Source: a phage
Strand: one strand, 5' to 3'
Sequence record: PQ724394.1
Length of the DNA stretch: 64,000 nt
Shown here: piece by piece, positions 9,073-19,305 of the stretch
Position numbering within the stretch: position 1 is the stretch's first letter
How the letters are laid out: every line of letters begins with the position of its first letter
Program-made: the position numbers and the translations under genes
Notes under the pieces: model-generated
Told to the model about the DNA's origin: nothing
Database searches by the model: none
The model's input: only the letters and a program-made list of their open reading frames with translations

Positions 9073-10238
9073 GTTCAAAAACTATGCAGCGTGAAGGCTT
9101 TCCTAATATTAGTATACGCCTCTACGAAGATTATGACGCCTGGTTAGAGCATCGTTTTGTTGAACTAGGCGCGACATTTACTACCCTAACAATGCGAGAT
9201 GGTCTTTATGGTAATAATGAAGGATTGCTCCAGTTTTATGATGCAAAAAACCTTCATACTAAAATGGATGGTGAACAAATTATCCAAGTTTCTGTTAAGA
9301 ATGCCAACTCGGAACGTACCCAATCAAGAATTTACGGAAGTAAACACTTTGCAGTAGGGGTGGATTCTAAGGGCGACAATATCATAACAATACAACTCGC
9401 CCCTATCCACTTTTTAGAAAATCTTAAATTCGGACGTATGTTCTTCCCTAGTGTTCAAGAAACATTAACAGAAATGATTGGTGTTATTTACCAGGACCGA
9501 CCGCTCCTTGCACCTCCATTGAACGGGATAAACGTTTATGTTCCTAATGTTCCGTGGTGCGATTCTATGGACAGATATATGGAATTTGTACGAGAAGTTG
9601 GTATGGCTGTTGAATCCGATAAATTTGTATTTGTCTGGGAAGATATAGATGGTATTTCTATCATGGACTACGAATTTATGGTTAATCAAGAGCCTATCAA
9701 TTTTGTGGTTGGTGAGCCTCGTTTAATAGGCCAATACGTCCAAGATATGGATACTCCTATTGCATTTGATTTTGAGTGGTTAACTAAAGCCAACCAGCAT
9801 ACCCGAAAACCATACGAAAATGCTACAGTATATGCGCATTCGTTCTTAGATAAAAACGCTACACGAATTACTTTTGGTGATGGGCAAAACAGTATATTGG
9901 TTTCTCGTTCAGGTGGATATTCTGATTATACCTACCGAAACGGATTTGAAGAAGCTGATAGATTAGTTACAATGGCCCAGTATGACGGGTACGCTCATTG
10001 CAAGGTATATGGGAACTTTGAATTAACTCCTGGTGATAAGATTAACTTCTATGACCCTAAAAACCAATTCCAATACGATTTTTATGTAGACGAAGTTATT
10101 CATGAAGTGAGTAACAATACATCAATTACAAACCTTTATATGTTTACTAATGGTAAGCCTATTAAGATTGAAGAGCCACCGAAGGTTAAAAATGAACTTA
10201 AAACTGATACTCCCGATCAAGAAAATAACGCTGGGTGA
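9069..10238 (+). CDS. 27: Baseplate hub subunit gp27
   Basis: 389 aa, ATGA overlap with gene 51 stop, T4 order. Confidence 0.8.
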   Translation: MSSKTMQREGFPNISIRLYEDYDAWLEHRFVELGATFTTLTMRDGLYGNNEGLLQFYDAKNLHTKMDGEQIIQVSVKNANSERTQSRIYGSKHFAVGVDSKGDNIITIQLAPIHFLENLKFGRMFFPSVQETLTEMIGVIYQDRPLLAPPLNGINVYVPNVPWCDSMDRYMEFVREVGMAVESDKFVFVWEDIDGISIMDYEFMVNQEPINFVVGEPRLIGQYVQDMDTPIAFDFEWLTKANQHTRKPYENATVYAHSFLDKNATRITFGDGQNSILVSRSGGYSDYTYRNGFEEADRLVTMAQYDGYAHCKVYGNFELTPGDKINFYDPKNQFQYDFYVDEVIHEVSNNTSITNLYMFTNGKPIKIEEPPKVKNELKTDTPDQENNAG

Positions 10239-10713
10239 TAAAGAGATTTCCATTCCTAAATTGGGTCTTAAACACCAAAAATTGGTTAAAGATGAAAAAG
10301 ACCCTTATAAAGCTCTTCATATATTAATGAGTTCCATTTATAAGGGTTTAACTGCAGCCGAAACCGATTTCGCTGCTCTTCATCTTTTAGAATTCAACGG
10401 ACGGTTAAAAGAAAAGGTAACTAAGGATGGGTTTACGTATAACCTAAATGACCTTTATATCTGCCAACGTCTTGAATTCCAATTCCAAGGTAAAACATTT
10501 AAATTTAAATCACACGAACCATTCCAAACATTTGGTCCTGTTGATAGTGTATTACAATCCCTTTACCTTGGGGACGATGTACCAGATTTTCTGGATATGC
10601 CTGCCTTTGTTGCTACATGGGCCGACGATATAACTTCTACTGTAGCTATCCCTGGTCCTAATGGTCCTATTAAAGGATTGCTTAAAATCATGGATATCTT
10701 AAATGAAGAATGA
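10192..10713 (+). CDS. 28: Baseplate hub distal subunit gp28 (start uncertain)
   Basis: Position and size (about 173 aa from the [11 protein letters not shown] Met) match T4 gp28. Confidence 0.6.
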   Translation: MNLKLILPIKKITLGDKEISIPKLGLKHQKLVKDEKDPYKALHILMSSIYKGLTAAETDFAALHLLEFNGRLKEKVTKDGFTYNLNDLYICQRLEFQFQGKTFKFKSHEPFQTFGPVDSVLQSLYLGDDVPDFLDMPAFVATWADDITSTVAIPGPNGPIKGLLKIMDILNEE

Positions 10714-12439
10714 ATCTAATCAGAATAGTTTTCGTCGCAATAAACTGATTGAAGAAATGGCTCCTCAGCGTCGTGCTGAGGCGCTAGCCCAAACCCAGAA
10801 CGACGAATTAGGAAATATAACAGAAGCTTTATCAGAAACCCAGGCGGCGTCTGAATTGCTCTCTGAAGTTGTTGAAACAAAGTCTAATCAGATTATTAAT
10901 TCTATAGACAGAGTAGATAAAAGTGTTCAAGATGTTGTCGCCGGAACAGAATTAACAGCCGAAGCTATATCAGAACAAACCCAACAATCTAAAGCTCTTT
11001 CGGATGCCTTAAACGAAAAGATTAATAAGCTTTCTAATATGTTGGAGGCTAAATTCTCTGGTATTTCTATTCCGCCGGAAGGGAGCTCATTAAAGGTTAT
11101 TGAAGACTCTATTCCAGAAGAACCTAAGGCTGAAACTCCTAAAGTCCCGGCAGTTATTGAAGATATTCTTCCGCCTGAAGATAATAAACCTGACGCTGAA
11201 TTTGTACCAGAGCCTCCTAAAAATTCAAATGAAGGTAAAGAAGGTGATAAGTCTTCTCTTTCTGATAAAATCGAAGCCCTTACAAAAATAACCGAAAAAG
11301 GATTTAAAGCCTCTGTGGGTGTGGCTGATAGAATTTCAGGTATGCTTTTTAAGTATACTATTACTGCTGCTGCAGAAGCCGCTAAACTGGCTGCAGGCCT
11401 AGCCCTTTTAATATTTGGTATAGATGCTATTCGTGTATACTTCCAATATTTCATGGACCAATTTAATGAAGGATGGAAAAAATTTAACGATAAGTTTAAA
11501 GAGTGGGGACCCGTACTTGAAGGCTTAATGACCTGGGCCAAGAATGCTGAAGCTATGTTTAGCGAAAGAAATTGGCTAGGTCTGGCAGAAGCTATTATTC
11601 GCGGTATGGTTAATCTTACCAAAAATATGGCACAACTGCTAATGCTCGGTATTTCTAAATTGATTTCTGCTATTTTAAGTAAAATACCAGGTATGGGTGA
11701 TTTGGCTGAAAACGTAGAGGCATCAGCTTTAATGTCGTATCAACAAAATACTGGAGCCACTTTAGATGACGAAGACCAGACTAAAATAGCCAAGTACCAT
11801 GATAGACGTTCAGCTGAGGCTTTAGAAACAGCCGAGAAAATGAATAAGAAGTATAAGGATAAACCTGAGCTTATAAACCAGGCAGAGAAATACGGTAATC
11901 TTACTAAAGAACAAGCCGACCAATTACGCGCTGGTGGAATTGATACAAGCTTCCGTGACCTCCCTGAAGAAGAACGTTTAGAGTATTTTAAGAAACGTGA
12001 TAAAGCCCAGGCTGATATTATTCGTTTAACTCAAACCGCCGATAATATAATGAAGCCTGATTCTAAAGATATCGAAAATGCCAAGGCATTTAAAGCGGAT
12101 ATAGAGAAACAATTGGCTGACCCTATTATGGCTAAAGGTGGAGCACCTAAGGACCTTAATATTCAGCAATTACTTGATAAGATGAATAAATCTTTAGAGA
12201 AATTTAATGAAGCTGAAAAGCCTAAACCTGCTTCTGTAGCGGAATCTCCTGAAAATACCCAGGTTAAAAAGGTTGACGAGCAAATGAGAGCAAAGGAAAA
12301 TGCTAAATATAGTCAGCAAGCTCCAACTCAAATAAATCAGCAAACGAATATCAAGAAAACGAGTAAGACCAGTTATAATTTACCACCACAGTCTTCCACT
12401 CCTGCTCCTGGTATGCGTCAAGCTACTAAAGTTAATTAG
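10703..12439 (+). CDS. 29: Baseplate hub subunit / tail tube length determinant gp29
   Basis: 578 aa, Ala/Glu-rich helical protein, T4 order. Confidence 0.8.
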   Translation: MKNESNQNSFRRNKLIEEMAPQRRAEALAQTQNDELGNITEALSETQAASELLSEVVETKSNQIINSIDRVDKSVQDVVAGTELTAEAISEQTQQSKALSDALNEKINKLSNMLEAKFSGISIPPEGSSLKVIEDSIPEEPKAETPKVPAVIEDILPPEDNKPDAEFVPEPPKNSNEGKEGDKSSLSDKIEALTKITEKGFKASVGVADRISGMLFKYTITAAAEAAKLAAGLALLIFGIDAIRVYFQYFMDQFNEGWKKFNDKFKEWGPVLEGLMTWAKNAEAMFSERNWLGLAEAIIRGMVNLTKNMAQLLMLGISKLISAILSKIPGMGDLAENVEASALMSYQQNTGATLDDEDQTKIAKYHDRRSAEALETAEKMNKKYKDKPELINQAEKYGNLTKEQADQLRAGGIDTSFRDLPEEERLEYFKKRDKAQADIIRLTQTADNIMKPDSKDIENAKAFKADIEKQLADPIMAKGGAPKDLNIQQLLDKMNKSLEKFNEAEKPKPASVAESPENTQVKKVDEQMRAKENAKYSQQAPTQINQQTNIKKTSKTSYNLPPQSSTPAPGMRQATKVN

Positions 12440-12441
12440 GA

Positions 12442-13536
12442 TTGATAATGAAAGTAAAAGAAATTGACATTGACGTAGCCTCCTTATTTAAAGGAGGTTC
12501 AAAAACCTCCGCGGGCCAATCTAAAGCTAAACCAGCCCAAACCACGGTAACTGCCCAGTATCCAGCCGAAAGGGCCTCGGGCAATGATACCTCTACAGAT
12601 ATGGTGTTAAACGATTTATATAAAAATGGATTACTTTTTACGGCATATAATTTTAGCTCTCGCGTATCACCTGATTTACGTAACGACCGCTCGAGCCAAA
12701 TGACTAAAAAGTTTTCAAAAGCCGCTAGTAAACTTACTGGTAATACCGGTGGGTTCAGCGCGGTTAAAAACTTGTTTAGTAACAACTCTAAAGGAGTTAA
12801 ATTTGATAGCCAGGCTTTAGCCAATATTTTGCTCCCACGTTCTAAATCTGATGTTGATTCGGTTACCCATAAATTTAATGATGTAGGCGAATCATTAATT
12901 ACTAAAGGTGGTGGTACTGCTACAGGTATTTTGAGTAACGTTGCCAGTACTGCTGTATTTGGCGCATTGGAATCTGTAACTAACGGTGTAATGGCCGATT
13001 CTGGTGAGCAAATATACACCACCGCTCGTAGTATGTATGCAGGGCCTGATAACCGTACTAAGGTATTCACTTGGGAAATGACCCCTAGAAACGCCCAAGA
13101 CCTTATTCAGATTATTAAAATATACGAAATCTTTAATTACTATTCTTATGGCGAAACAGGCAACTCTGCCTTTGCCGGTGAATTAAAAGAGAAGATTGAT
13201 ACATGGTACCGTTCCACATTTAAAAAAGAAGCTATTGATAACTTTGACGGCAAGCTATTAGGAGAAGGTATCACAAGTTTCCTTTCTAATGTTATTGTGG
13301 TAAGTAACCCAACTATTTGGTATATTCGAAACTTTGGTAATACAAGTTCATATGACGGACGTGAAGATATTTTCGGACCGTGCCAAATCCAAAGTATACG
13401 ATTTGATAAAACTCCCGACGGACATTTTAATGGTTTGGCTATTGCTCCTAACTTACCATCCACGTTTAGTTTAGAAGTTACTTTCCGTGAAATCATTACT
13501 TTGAACCGTGGCTCACTTTATACGGAAGGATTCTAA
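12442..13536 (+). CDS. 48: Baseplate tail tube cap gp48
   Basis: 364 aa, same length as T4 gp48, T4 order. Confidence 0.8.
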   Translation: MIMKVKEIDIDVASLFKGGSKTSAGQSKAKPAQTTVTAQYPAERASGNDTSTDMVLNDLYKNGLLFTAYNFSSRVSPDLRNDRSSQMTKKFSKAASKLTGNTGGFSAVKNLFSNNSKGVKFDSQALANILLPRSKSDVDSVTHKFNDVGESLITKGGGTATGILSNVASTAVFGALESVTNGVMADSGEQIYTTARSMYAGPDNRTKVFTWEMTPRNAQDLIQIIKIYEIFNYYSYGETGNSAFAGELKEKIDTWYRSTFKKEAIDNFDGKLLGEGITSFLSNVIVVSNPTIWYIRNFGNTSSYDGREDIFGPCQIQSIRFDKTPDGHFNGLAIAPNLPSTFSLEVTFREIITLNRGSLYTEGF

Positions 13537-14489
13537 TGTATACTTTACAAGAATTTCAAAACCAGGCAATTAATATTGACCTACAAAGGAATAACCTGTT
13601 TAGTGTAGTATTTGCTACAGTTCCTTCTTCTAAATCCCAAGCGCTCCTCGACCAGTTCGGTGGAGCTTTATTTAACAATATCCCGTTGAATACCGATTTG
13701 TTTGGAATTACCCAAGGAGATTTAACCCAAGGTGTTACGACATTAGTGACAGCGGGCACTCAGAAGTTGATTCGTAAGTCCGGCATAAGTAAATATCTGA
13801 TTGGAGCTATGTCATCCAGGGTTGTGCAGAGCTTACTAGGTGAGTTTGAAGTCGGGACTTATCTTATGGATTTTTTCAATATGGCTTATCCTACGGCAGG
13901 TCTTTTAGTCCATGCAGTTAAAATTCCGGATAATACTTTGAACTATGAAATGGATTTGAACCACAACTCGCCTAATATCAAAATTACCGGAAGAGAATAT
14001 TCCCCATTGGTATTAAGCTTCCGTATGGATTCTGAAGCTGCTAACTACCGTGCTTTTAATGATTGGGTCAATAGTGTCCAAGACCCTATTACACAATTAA
14101 GAGCATTGCCTGAAGATGTTGAAGCTGACATCCAAGTCAACCTTCATTCTCGTAATGGATTGCCACATACGGTGGTAATGCTTAATGGATGTGTTCCTGT
14201 TAGTGTTTCATCGCCGGAATTATCCTATGATGGTGATAACCAAATTGCTTCGTTTGATGTTACATTTGCTTATAGAAGTGTGCAGACAGGTGCAGTTGGT
14301 AAACAAGCTGCTTATGAATGGCTGGAAGATAAAGTCCTTAAAGGCGTAGCAGGTATAAGTGAGAGTAACTCATTAAGTGCTTCTGTAGCTAAATTAAGCC
14401 GACTTTCAGGAGCTTCTAGTGGATTGACCGGATTGGTTAATACATTTGGTGGGCGTGCTATTAATAATGGAATATCCAGGTTGTTATAA
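13536..14489 (+). CDS. 54: Baseplate tail tube initiator gp54
   Basis: 317 aa (T4 gp54 about 320 aa), T4 order, ATGA-type junction with gene 48. Confidence 0.8.
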   Translation: MYTLQEFQNQAINIDLQRNNLFSVVFATVPSSKSQALLDQFGGALFNNIPLNTDLFGITQGDLTQGVTTLVTAGTQKLIRKSGISKYLIGAMSSRVVQSLLGEFEVGTYLMDFFNMAYPTAGLLVHAVKIPDNTLNYEMDLNHNSPNIKITGREYSPLVLSFRMDSEAANYRAFNDWVNSVQDPITQLRALPEDVEADIQVNLHSRNGLPHTVVMLNGCVPVSVSSPELSYDGDNQIASFDVTFAYRSVQTGAVGKQAAYEWLEDKVLKGVAGISESNSLSASVAKLSRLSGASSGLTGLVNTFGGRAINNGISRLL

Positions 14490-14490
14490 C

Positions 14491-14519
14491 AAAAAAGGAG
14501 AGCTTACGCTCTCCTTTAG
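14491..14519. terminator. Bidirectional rho-independent terminator between gene 54 and the minus-strand alt block
   Basis: aaggagagc-ttac-gctctcctt hairpin with A-run upstream and T-rich downstream. Confidence 0.6.
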
Positions 14520-14523
14520 GGGT

Positions 14524-14814
14524 TTATTTACGGAACGAGATAAAACCTGCGGCGGTCATTAATGGCTGCTTTTTAACAAAGACCGTGATAGAAATAGGAG
14601 CTTCAGATTCAAGCTGGCCGGTTACTACACCATTAAAGATATTTTCAGTTTGTTCGGGTTGTGAAAAATTTTCAACCGGGCGTAAGTCAAACTGTTTGTC
14701 TTTGCCGAAAACTCGACGTAATTCATTACCGACTGCACTGTCGAACTCTTCAGAAGCAGGGATAACGTTTTCAACTACCAGCTCTTGACCATTAAAACGG
14801 AATGCAGATTTCAT
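14524..14814 (-). CDS. Hypothetical protein downstream of alt paralogue
   Basis: 96 aa ORF; no recognisable motif. Confidence 0.4.
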   Translation of the reverse strand: MKSAFRFNGQELVVENVIPASEEFDSAVGNELRRVFGKDKQFDLRPVENFSQPEQTENIFNGVVTGQLESEAPISITVFVKKQPLMTAAGFISFRK

Positions 14815-14871
14815 AATGTTCTCCTCATGTTTGTGTAAGGTAATAGTACCACATCCTTGTGGCGTTGTAAA

Positions 14872-16995
14872 CTACATTTTGAATTTATTTGATAAAGAAG
14901 AGATGTCCAAAGATGCAGCAAGGATTTCCATAGCCTCATTACTTTCTGAAACAGATTCTGAAACTAGGAATTCTTTAAACCCATTCATCAATTTAACTTC
15001 ACCGGTTTCCATCAGATGGTCGCCATCGTAAACGGATTCGCTGAGTTCTGAAGGAGATGTCACTGTAGCTTCCATAAGGTATTTGTGAGATACTCTATCA
15101 TTCATAGCAAAAGCCGCTACTTTATCAACCTTCAACAATAACCCGCGCGGAAGGATAATTTCCGCTTCTTCGGCATATTCTGTAAGGTCGCCAGGAGCGA
15201 TAACTTTAACTGCTTCAGCACCTCGAATAACCATACCAATTTCAGCAATCCTGTCTGCAGGGCCTTCAGGTGCAATTGGATTACCAAACTCGTCTTCTTC
15301 CCATTCTACCTCTTCGTCATCGACTTCACCTACGTCAGATGAACTACCACTGGCTAATTTAAACAACTCATCAGCGGAGGATAAAGAACCTTCATCACCG
15401 ACAAAAACTGCTTGGTTGTCGAGGGCCATATAATTTTTACCAAATTCGCCAAAGATATTAGGCTTTAATGAAGCGGACACAAAGTTCTTAAAGTAAAAGG
15501 TTTTGTTATCAATATTATGGCGCAGAATTTTGTATGGTAAATCCTGACCACGATACAAAATAGTACCCTTAGGAAGTTTAATACCCTTGGTAAATGCCGA
15601 GTCTAAATCCTTAATCAATTTAATAGCTGTTGTATTGTTTTCGGATTCAGGTTTACCTAAAAGGAATAAGTTCATAGGAGCATATTCAGCCGCACAATAT
15701 TCAATAATGGCATTACTTTCGTCTTTGGTCAAGCCCTTAGGTTTAATGAGCTCGCCTGAATAAGCATATGCATCGCTAATAGAATCGTTAATCAGTTTAT
15801 AAACGGCTTCCATAGCGAAAGCAATTCGAGATGCTTTCTCTGAAGGAGACCCCTGAAAACGGGCACTCAGGTTATTAACAATTCTCTTAATAATATCCAG
15901 ACTATTGGTAGTATTGATTTGAGAAAGACCGCTTAAAAGTCTATCGACTTCCGTATTAAAAAATGCCATATTATTAGAGTAAATTTCAAACCCTTGTTTA
16001 TCTCTATTAGCATAATTTAGTTTAAATTTACTATCAGTCATTAAAGCGTGCGTGAGAGCAATGGTGTATCTAAAGTTGGCAAGGTCCTCACTCTTAGATT
16101 TAAACTGAGAGGCCTGTCGCATTTTAGTAATAGAACCTTTTTTAAAGTTCTGGCTAATCTGCTCAATACCTTCGTTCTCAGGGCCTTCGGCCGAGTGAAC
16201 AGGGACAGAAGCTTCAAACTCGTTATAAATCTGCAATTCTTTAGGTGATAAAGTTTCGGGTTCGGCAGTAGAATACTGCGCCGCTGCAGCCATACGACGG
16301 GAAATCTTAGTACGAGAAATAACAGCCTTATCGGTACGTTTCTCTTCAACCTGTGCAATAGATGCCGCTACGGCTTCTACTTTACTTACGGCCTGGCCGG
16401 TTTTCTTAGAAACATAAACTTCACCGACTTTAGACTCAACCTTGGTATAAAGGTCTGCATCAATTTCAGGCATACCCTTGATATCTTCGATATTAGAACC
16501 ACGACGTACTAAAAGAACGTAGGTATGTTTACCACTAAACTGGAACATATCATCGACAACTTTAAACTTACCACCGGTACGTGCCATCACCAAACGAGCT
16601 AATACACGCTGAACGGTAGGACCCTTACCTTTCATTTTCTTGGTAGGGAAACGGAACAAAACTGCATCCATTTTAAGTTTGTTTACTTGTTCGTATACGG
16701 TATCGAAAATAGTATTCAGTGTACCAAGTGGGTCAGAACCAAGCCCACCTTTGAGTTCAGCCGGAGCACCCTTGCTAGACAAACTCATTAAAATAATATG
16801 AACGTATTTGTCGCCAGGCTTAACCATTTTAATAGCGTCTCCTTGAGACGCATAAGATACCATACGAGCAACCAGGTTATCATTACCTGGTGCTTGGATA
16901 GAGAAAATCTGTGGGATACCTGAGCCTGGCTTAAGATTTGTTACTGGATAGTTTTTAGCTGAATCACTATCAAAAACTTCGTTTAAATTTTCCAT
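14872..16995 (-). CDS. Alt-like ADP-ribosyltransferase paralogue
   Basis: 707 aa; N-terminal half aligns with the neighbouring Alt; C-terminal ART-like R/S-x-S/E pattern (LYRGQ…FVSASL…AEEAEIILPRG). Confidence 0.7.
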   Translation of the reverse strand: MENLNEVFDSDSAKNYPVTNLKPGSGIPQIFSIQAPGNDNLVARMVSYASQGDAIKMVKPGDKYVHIILMSLSSKGAPAELKGGLGSDPLGTLNTIFDTVYEQVNKLKMDAVLFRFPTKKMKGKGPTVQRVLARLVMARTGGKFKVVDDMFQFSGKHTYVLLVRRGSNIEDIKGMPEIDADLYTKVESKVGEVYVSKKTGQAVSKVEAVAASIAQVEEKRTDKAVISRTKISRRMAAAAQYSTAEPETLSPKELQIYNEFEASVPVHSAEGPENEGIEQISQNFKKGSITKMRQASQFKSKSEDLANFRYTIALTHALMTDSKFKLNYANRDKQGFEIYSNNMAFFNTEVDRLLSGLSQINTTNSLDIIKRIVNNLSARFQGSPSEKASRIAFAMEAVYKLINDSISDAYAYSGELIKPKGLTKDESNAIIEYCAAEYAPMNLFLLGKPESENNTTAIKLIKDLDSAFTKGIKLPKGTILYRGQDLPYKILRHNIDNKTFYFKNFVSASLKPNIFGEFGKNYMALDNQAVFVGDEGSLSSADELFKLASGSSSDVGEVDDEEVEWEEDEFGNPIAPEGPADRIAEIGMVIRGAEAVKVIAPGDLTEYAEEAEIILPRGLLLKVDKVAAFAMNDRVSHKYLMEATVTSPSELSESVYDGDHLMETGEVKLMNGFKEFLVSESVSESNEAMEILAASLDISSLSNKFKM

Positions 16996-16998
16996 TAT

Positions 16999-19083
16999 TT
17001 ACCCTTGGATGAATTTTTCTGGTATGTCATAGAGGTCTATGCATGAAGCCAAAAGTGGCAGTACGTCAAACCGTGTAGATTTAACAAATGAATCAAAAGA
17101 TACAGGGCTTTCGGAAGTATCGAAGTCATCTTGGTATACAACCAATTCACCAGTTTCCATTAGTACGTCACCATCATACACCACAGATTCTTGAAGCTCA
17201 TCTGTGGTCATAACTTCGGCTTGAACGAGTTTTGTATTACTAGATGTTGTTCCGTCATTATTAGAGGCATCGGTTATTTTATTAACTTTGACCATCAATC
17301 CACGCGGTAGAATAACTTCAGCTTCTGTTGCTATTCCGAGACTTCCTGGATATACAACATTAACTTTATGGGCTCCATCAATTGCCCATCCTATTTGAAC
17401 TTTAACGTAATCAGGGTTTTCTTTATACGCTCTTATTTCATTAGGATTAATGGTTATTCCTTCTTCATTTTTATCGACTGTCAATTCATTGCGAACTTCC
17501 GGTTCTAAAAGACCGACACCCGCGTGTGTAACACCAAAACGACCAAAAATGATAGGAGTCAGTGAAGTAGATACAAAATTTCTAAAATAAAATACCTTAT
17601 TTTTAACTAGTGCTTCGTATATAGGAGCAGTCATACTTTGAGCACGATAAACTGTAATGCCTTCTGGTATACGGTCACCATTTTCAAAAGCTGAATCAAG
17701 ATTATTAACAGCAGATTCAATAGACCTTTCATTCATTACATCATAGTTCTGAGGATTATAACGTCCTAAAAGAAGATTATTGATGTCGGTATAACCTGAG
17801 CCGCAGTATTCTCTGATGCCGCGCTTTTGTGATGGGGTGTATTTAGAACCATCGCGAGCAATAGTAATATCGACCATAATACCACCGCCTACACCAGCAA
17901 AACTATATACACGTTTTTTAATGAACTTGGTCTTGGCTGCTTTCCACTTGGACTCGGTTAATTCATTCCAGACGTCGTCAGGCTGACCTTTACGAGTTTT
18001 GTTATGTATAGCCAGCCATTCGCCTTTATATTCTTCAAAAACTGTATTAATAACAGAGGCATACTTTTCTAGAGCTTTAACAGATGTCAAAGGTTCGTTT
18101 TTGATGGCTGTAAGAATTCTCTCTTTAATTTTCTCTTGGATTTCACCTATACCGTGAAGAGGAAACATTTTATATTCATAATGCAACTCTTCAGCAGTGC
18201 CTTCAGCTACTATATTAGCAACTTTATTTTTAGCCGCAGGAGAATTGTTATTGGTGACCATTTCCTGTGCCTCAGGGATTAATGGAGCTGTTGCAGGTTT
18301 ATTAAAATCTGCTGCAGTAGCTTCATATTTCTTAAACAGTTCACTTTCATTACGATAAGATTCTAAAGACTGACTTGCTGCAATAGCGCGACGAGAAATC
18401 TTAGTCTTGGTTATAACCATTTTATCAGTGCGACGTTCTTCAACTTTAGCAATACTGCCGGCAATAGCAGTTTCTTTAGTAACCTGCACACCTTCTTTTT
18501 TAGAAATATAAACTTCACCAACATCAGAATCTACCTTAGTATATAATTCGGCATTAATTCCTGGCATACCTTTGATATCTTCAATATCAGCTTGTTTACG
18601 AACTACTAGGATATAAGTATGTTTACCGGTAAATTGGTACATGGCTGGAACTACTTTAAAACGTCCACCGGTTTTCTGTGCTACCAAACGTTGGATAATC
18701 CGTTGGACGATAGGTCCTTGTCCTTTCATTTTCTTGGTTGGAAAACGGAACATCACAGCATCCATACGAAGCTTTTTAACTTGTTCGAATACTACGTCGA
18801 AAATGGTATTAATAGCATCAATAGGAGTAGGGCCTAAGCCGCCTTTAAGTTCGGCTGGAGAACCTTTAGCTGAAAGGCTCATAAGGATGACGTGGGCGTA
18901 TTTATCACCTAATTTAACCTGTTTAATAGCATCGCCTTCAGAGGCATAAGATACCATACGGGCCACTAATTGGGATTCGGCGTCGCCAATCTTCCAAATC
19001 TGCGGTACTTTAAGTTTTGGGTTTAAGTTTACAGTAGGCAGGGTGCCTTCAGACTCAAACACTTCATTTAATTGTTCGGTCAT
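16999..19083 (-). CDS. alt: Alt ADP-ribosyltransferase (packaged internal head protein in T4)
   Basis: 694 aa; ART-like signature VYRAQ…FVSTSL…ATEAEVILPRG; position immediately upstream of gene 30 region as in T4. Confidence 0.8.
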   Translation of the reverse strand: MTEQLNEVFESEGTLPTVNLNPKLKVPQIWKIGDAESQLVARMVSYASEGDAIKQVKLGDKYAHVILMSLSAKGSPAELKGGLGPTPIDAINTIFDVVFEQVKKLRMDAVMFRFPTKKMKGQGPIVQRIIQRLVAQKTGGRFKVVPAMYQFTGKHTYILVVRKQADIEDIKGMPGINAELYTKVDSDVGEVYISKKEGVQVTKETAIAGSIAKVEERRTDKMVITKTKISRRAIAASQSLESYRNESELFKKYEATAADFNKPATAPLIPEAQEMVTNNNSPAAKNKVANIVAEGTAEELHYEYKMFPLHGIGEIQEKIKERILTAIKNEPLTSVKALEKYASVINTVFEEYKGEWLAIHNKTRKGQPDDVWNELTESKWKAAKTKFIKKRVYSFAGVGGGIMVDITIARDGSKYTPSQKRGIREYCGSGYTDINNLLLGRYNPQNYDVMNERSIESAVNNLDSAFENGDRIPEGITVYRAQSMTAPIYEALVKNKVFYFRNFVSTSLTPIIFGRFGVTHAGVGLLEPEVRNELTVDKNEEGITINPNEIRAYKENPDYVKVQIGWAIDGAHKVNVVYPGSLGIATEAEVILPRGLMVKVNKITDASNNDGTTSSNTKLVQAEVMTTDELQESVVYDGDVLMETGELVVYQDDFDTSESPVSFDSFVKSTRFDVLPLLASCIDLYDIPEKFIQG

Positions 19084-19119
19084 AATAATTCCTCTTTAAT
19101 AACCGTATTTATGCCATAA

Positions 19120-19135
19120 AAGGCCCGAAGGCCTT
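19120..19135 (-). promoter_or_regulatory. Intercistronic cUUCGg-type RNA hairpin
   Basis: aaggcc-cgaa-ggcctt (UUCG loop on the minus strand). Confidence 0.45.
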
Positions 19136-19304
19136 AAAGTGGTAGCAACGTACGATATACTTCGAATGTCGGGCCTTTTTCATAGCCATCAAACATGTCT
19201 TTAAAATCGGCAAAAGCTATTTCATCCTCAAACTCTAGGATGATTTGAGAGGCCGCGGTGGTATTTGTATTTGTTACAACAATTGTTTCTAAATAAGCTT
19301 TCAT
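19134..19304 (-). CDS. Hypothetical small protein (56 aa)
   Basis: ATG at 19304 abuts ligase stop; the ORF-track start is a TTG further upstream. Confidence 0.35.
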   Translation of the reverse strand: MKAYLETIVVTNTNTTAASQIILEFEDEIAFADFKDMFDGYEKGPTFEVYRTLLPL

Positions 19305-19305
19305 A

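Noticed and set aside
10927-11622. 231-aa ORF on the minus strand
   Set aside because: Lies entirely antisense within the conserved baseplate gene 29 and has low-complexity Ser/Leu-rich composition; most likely a chance open frame
12432-13070. 212-aa ORF on the minus strand
   Set aside because: Antisense to gene 48; no RBS or promoter context; chance ORF
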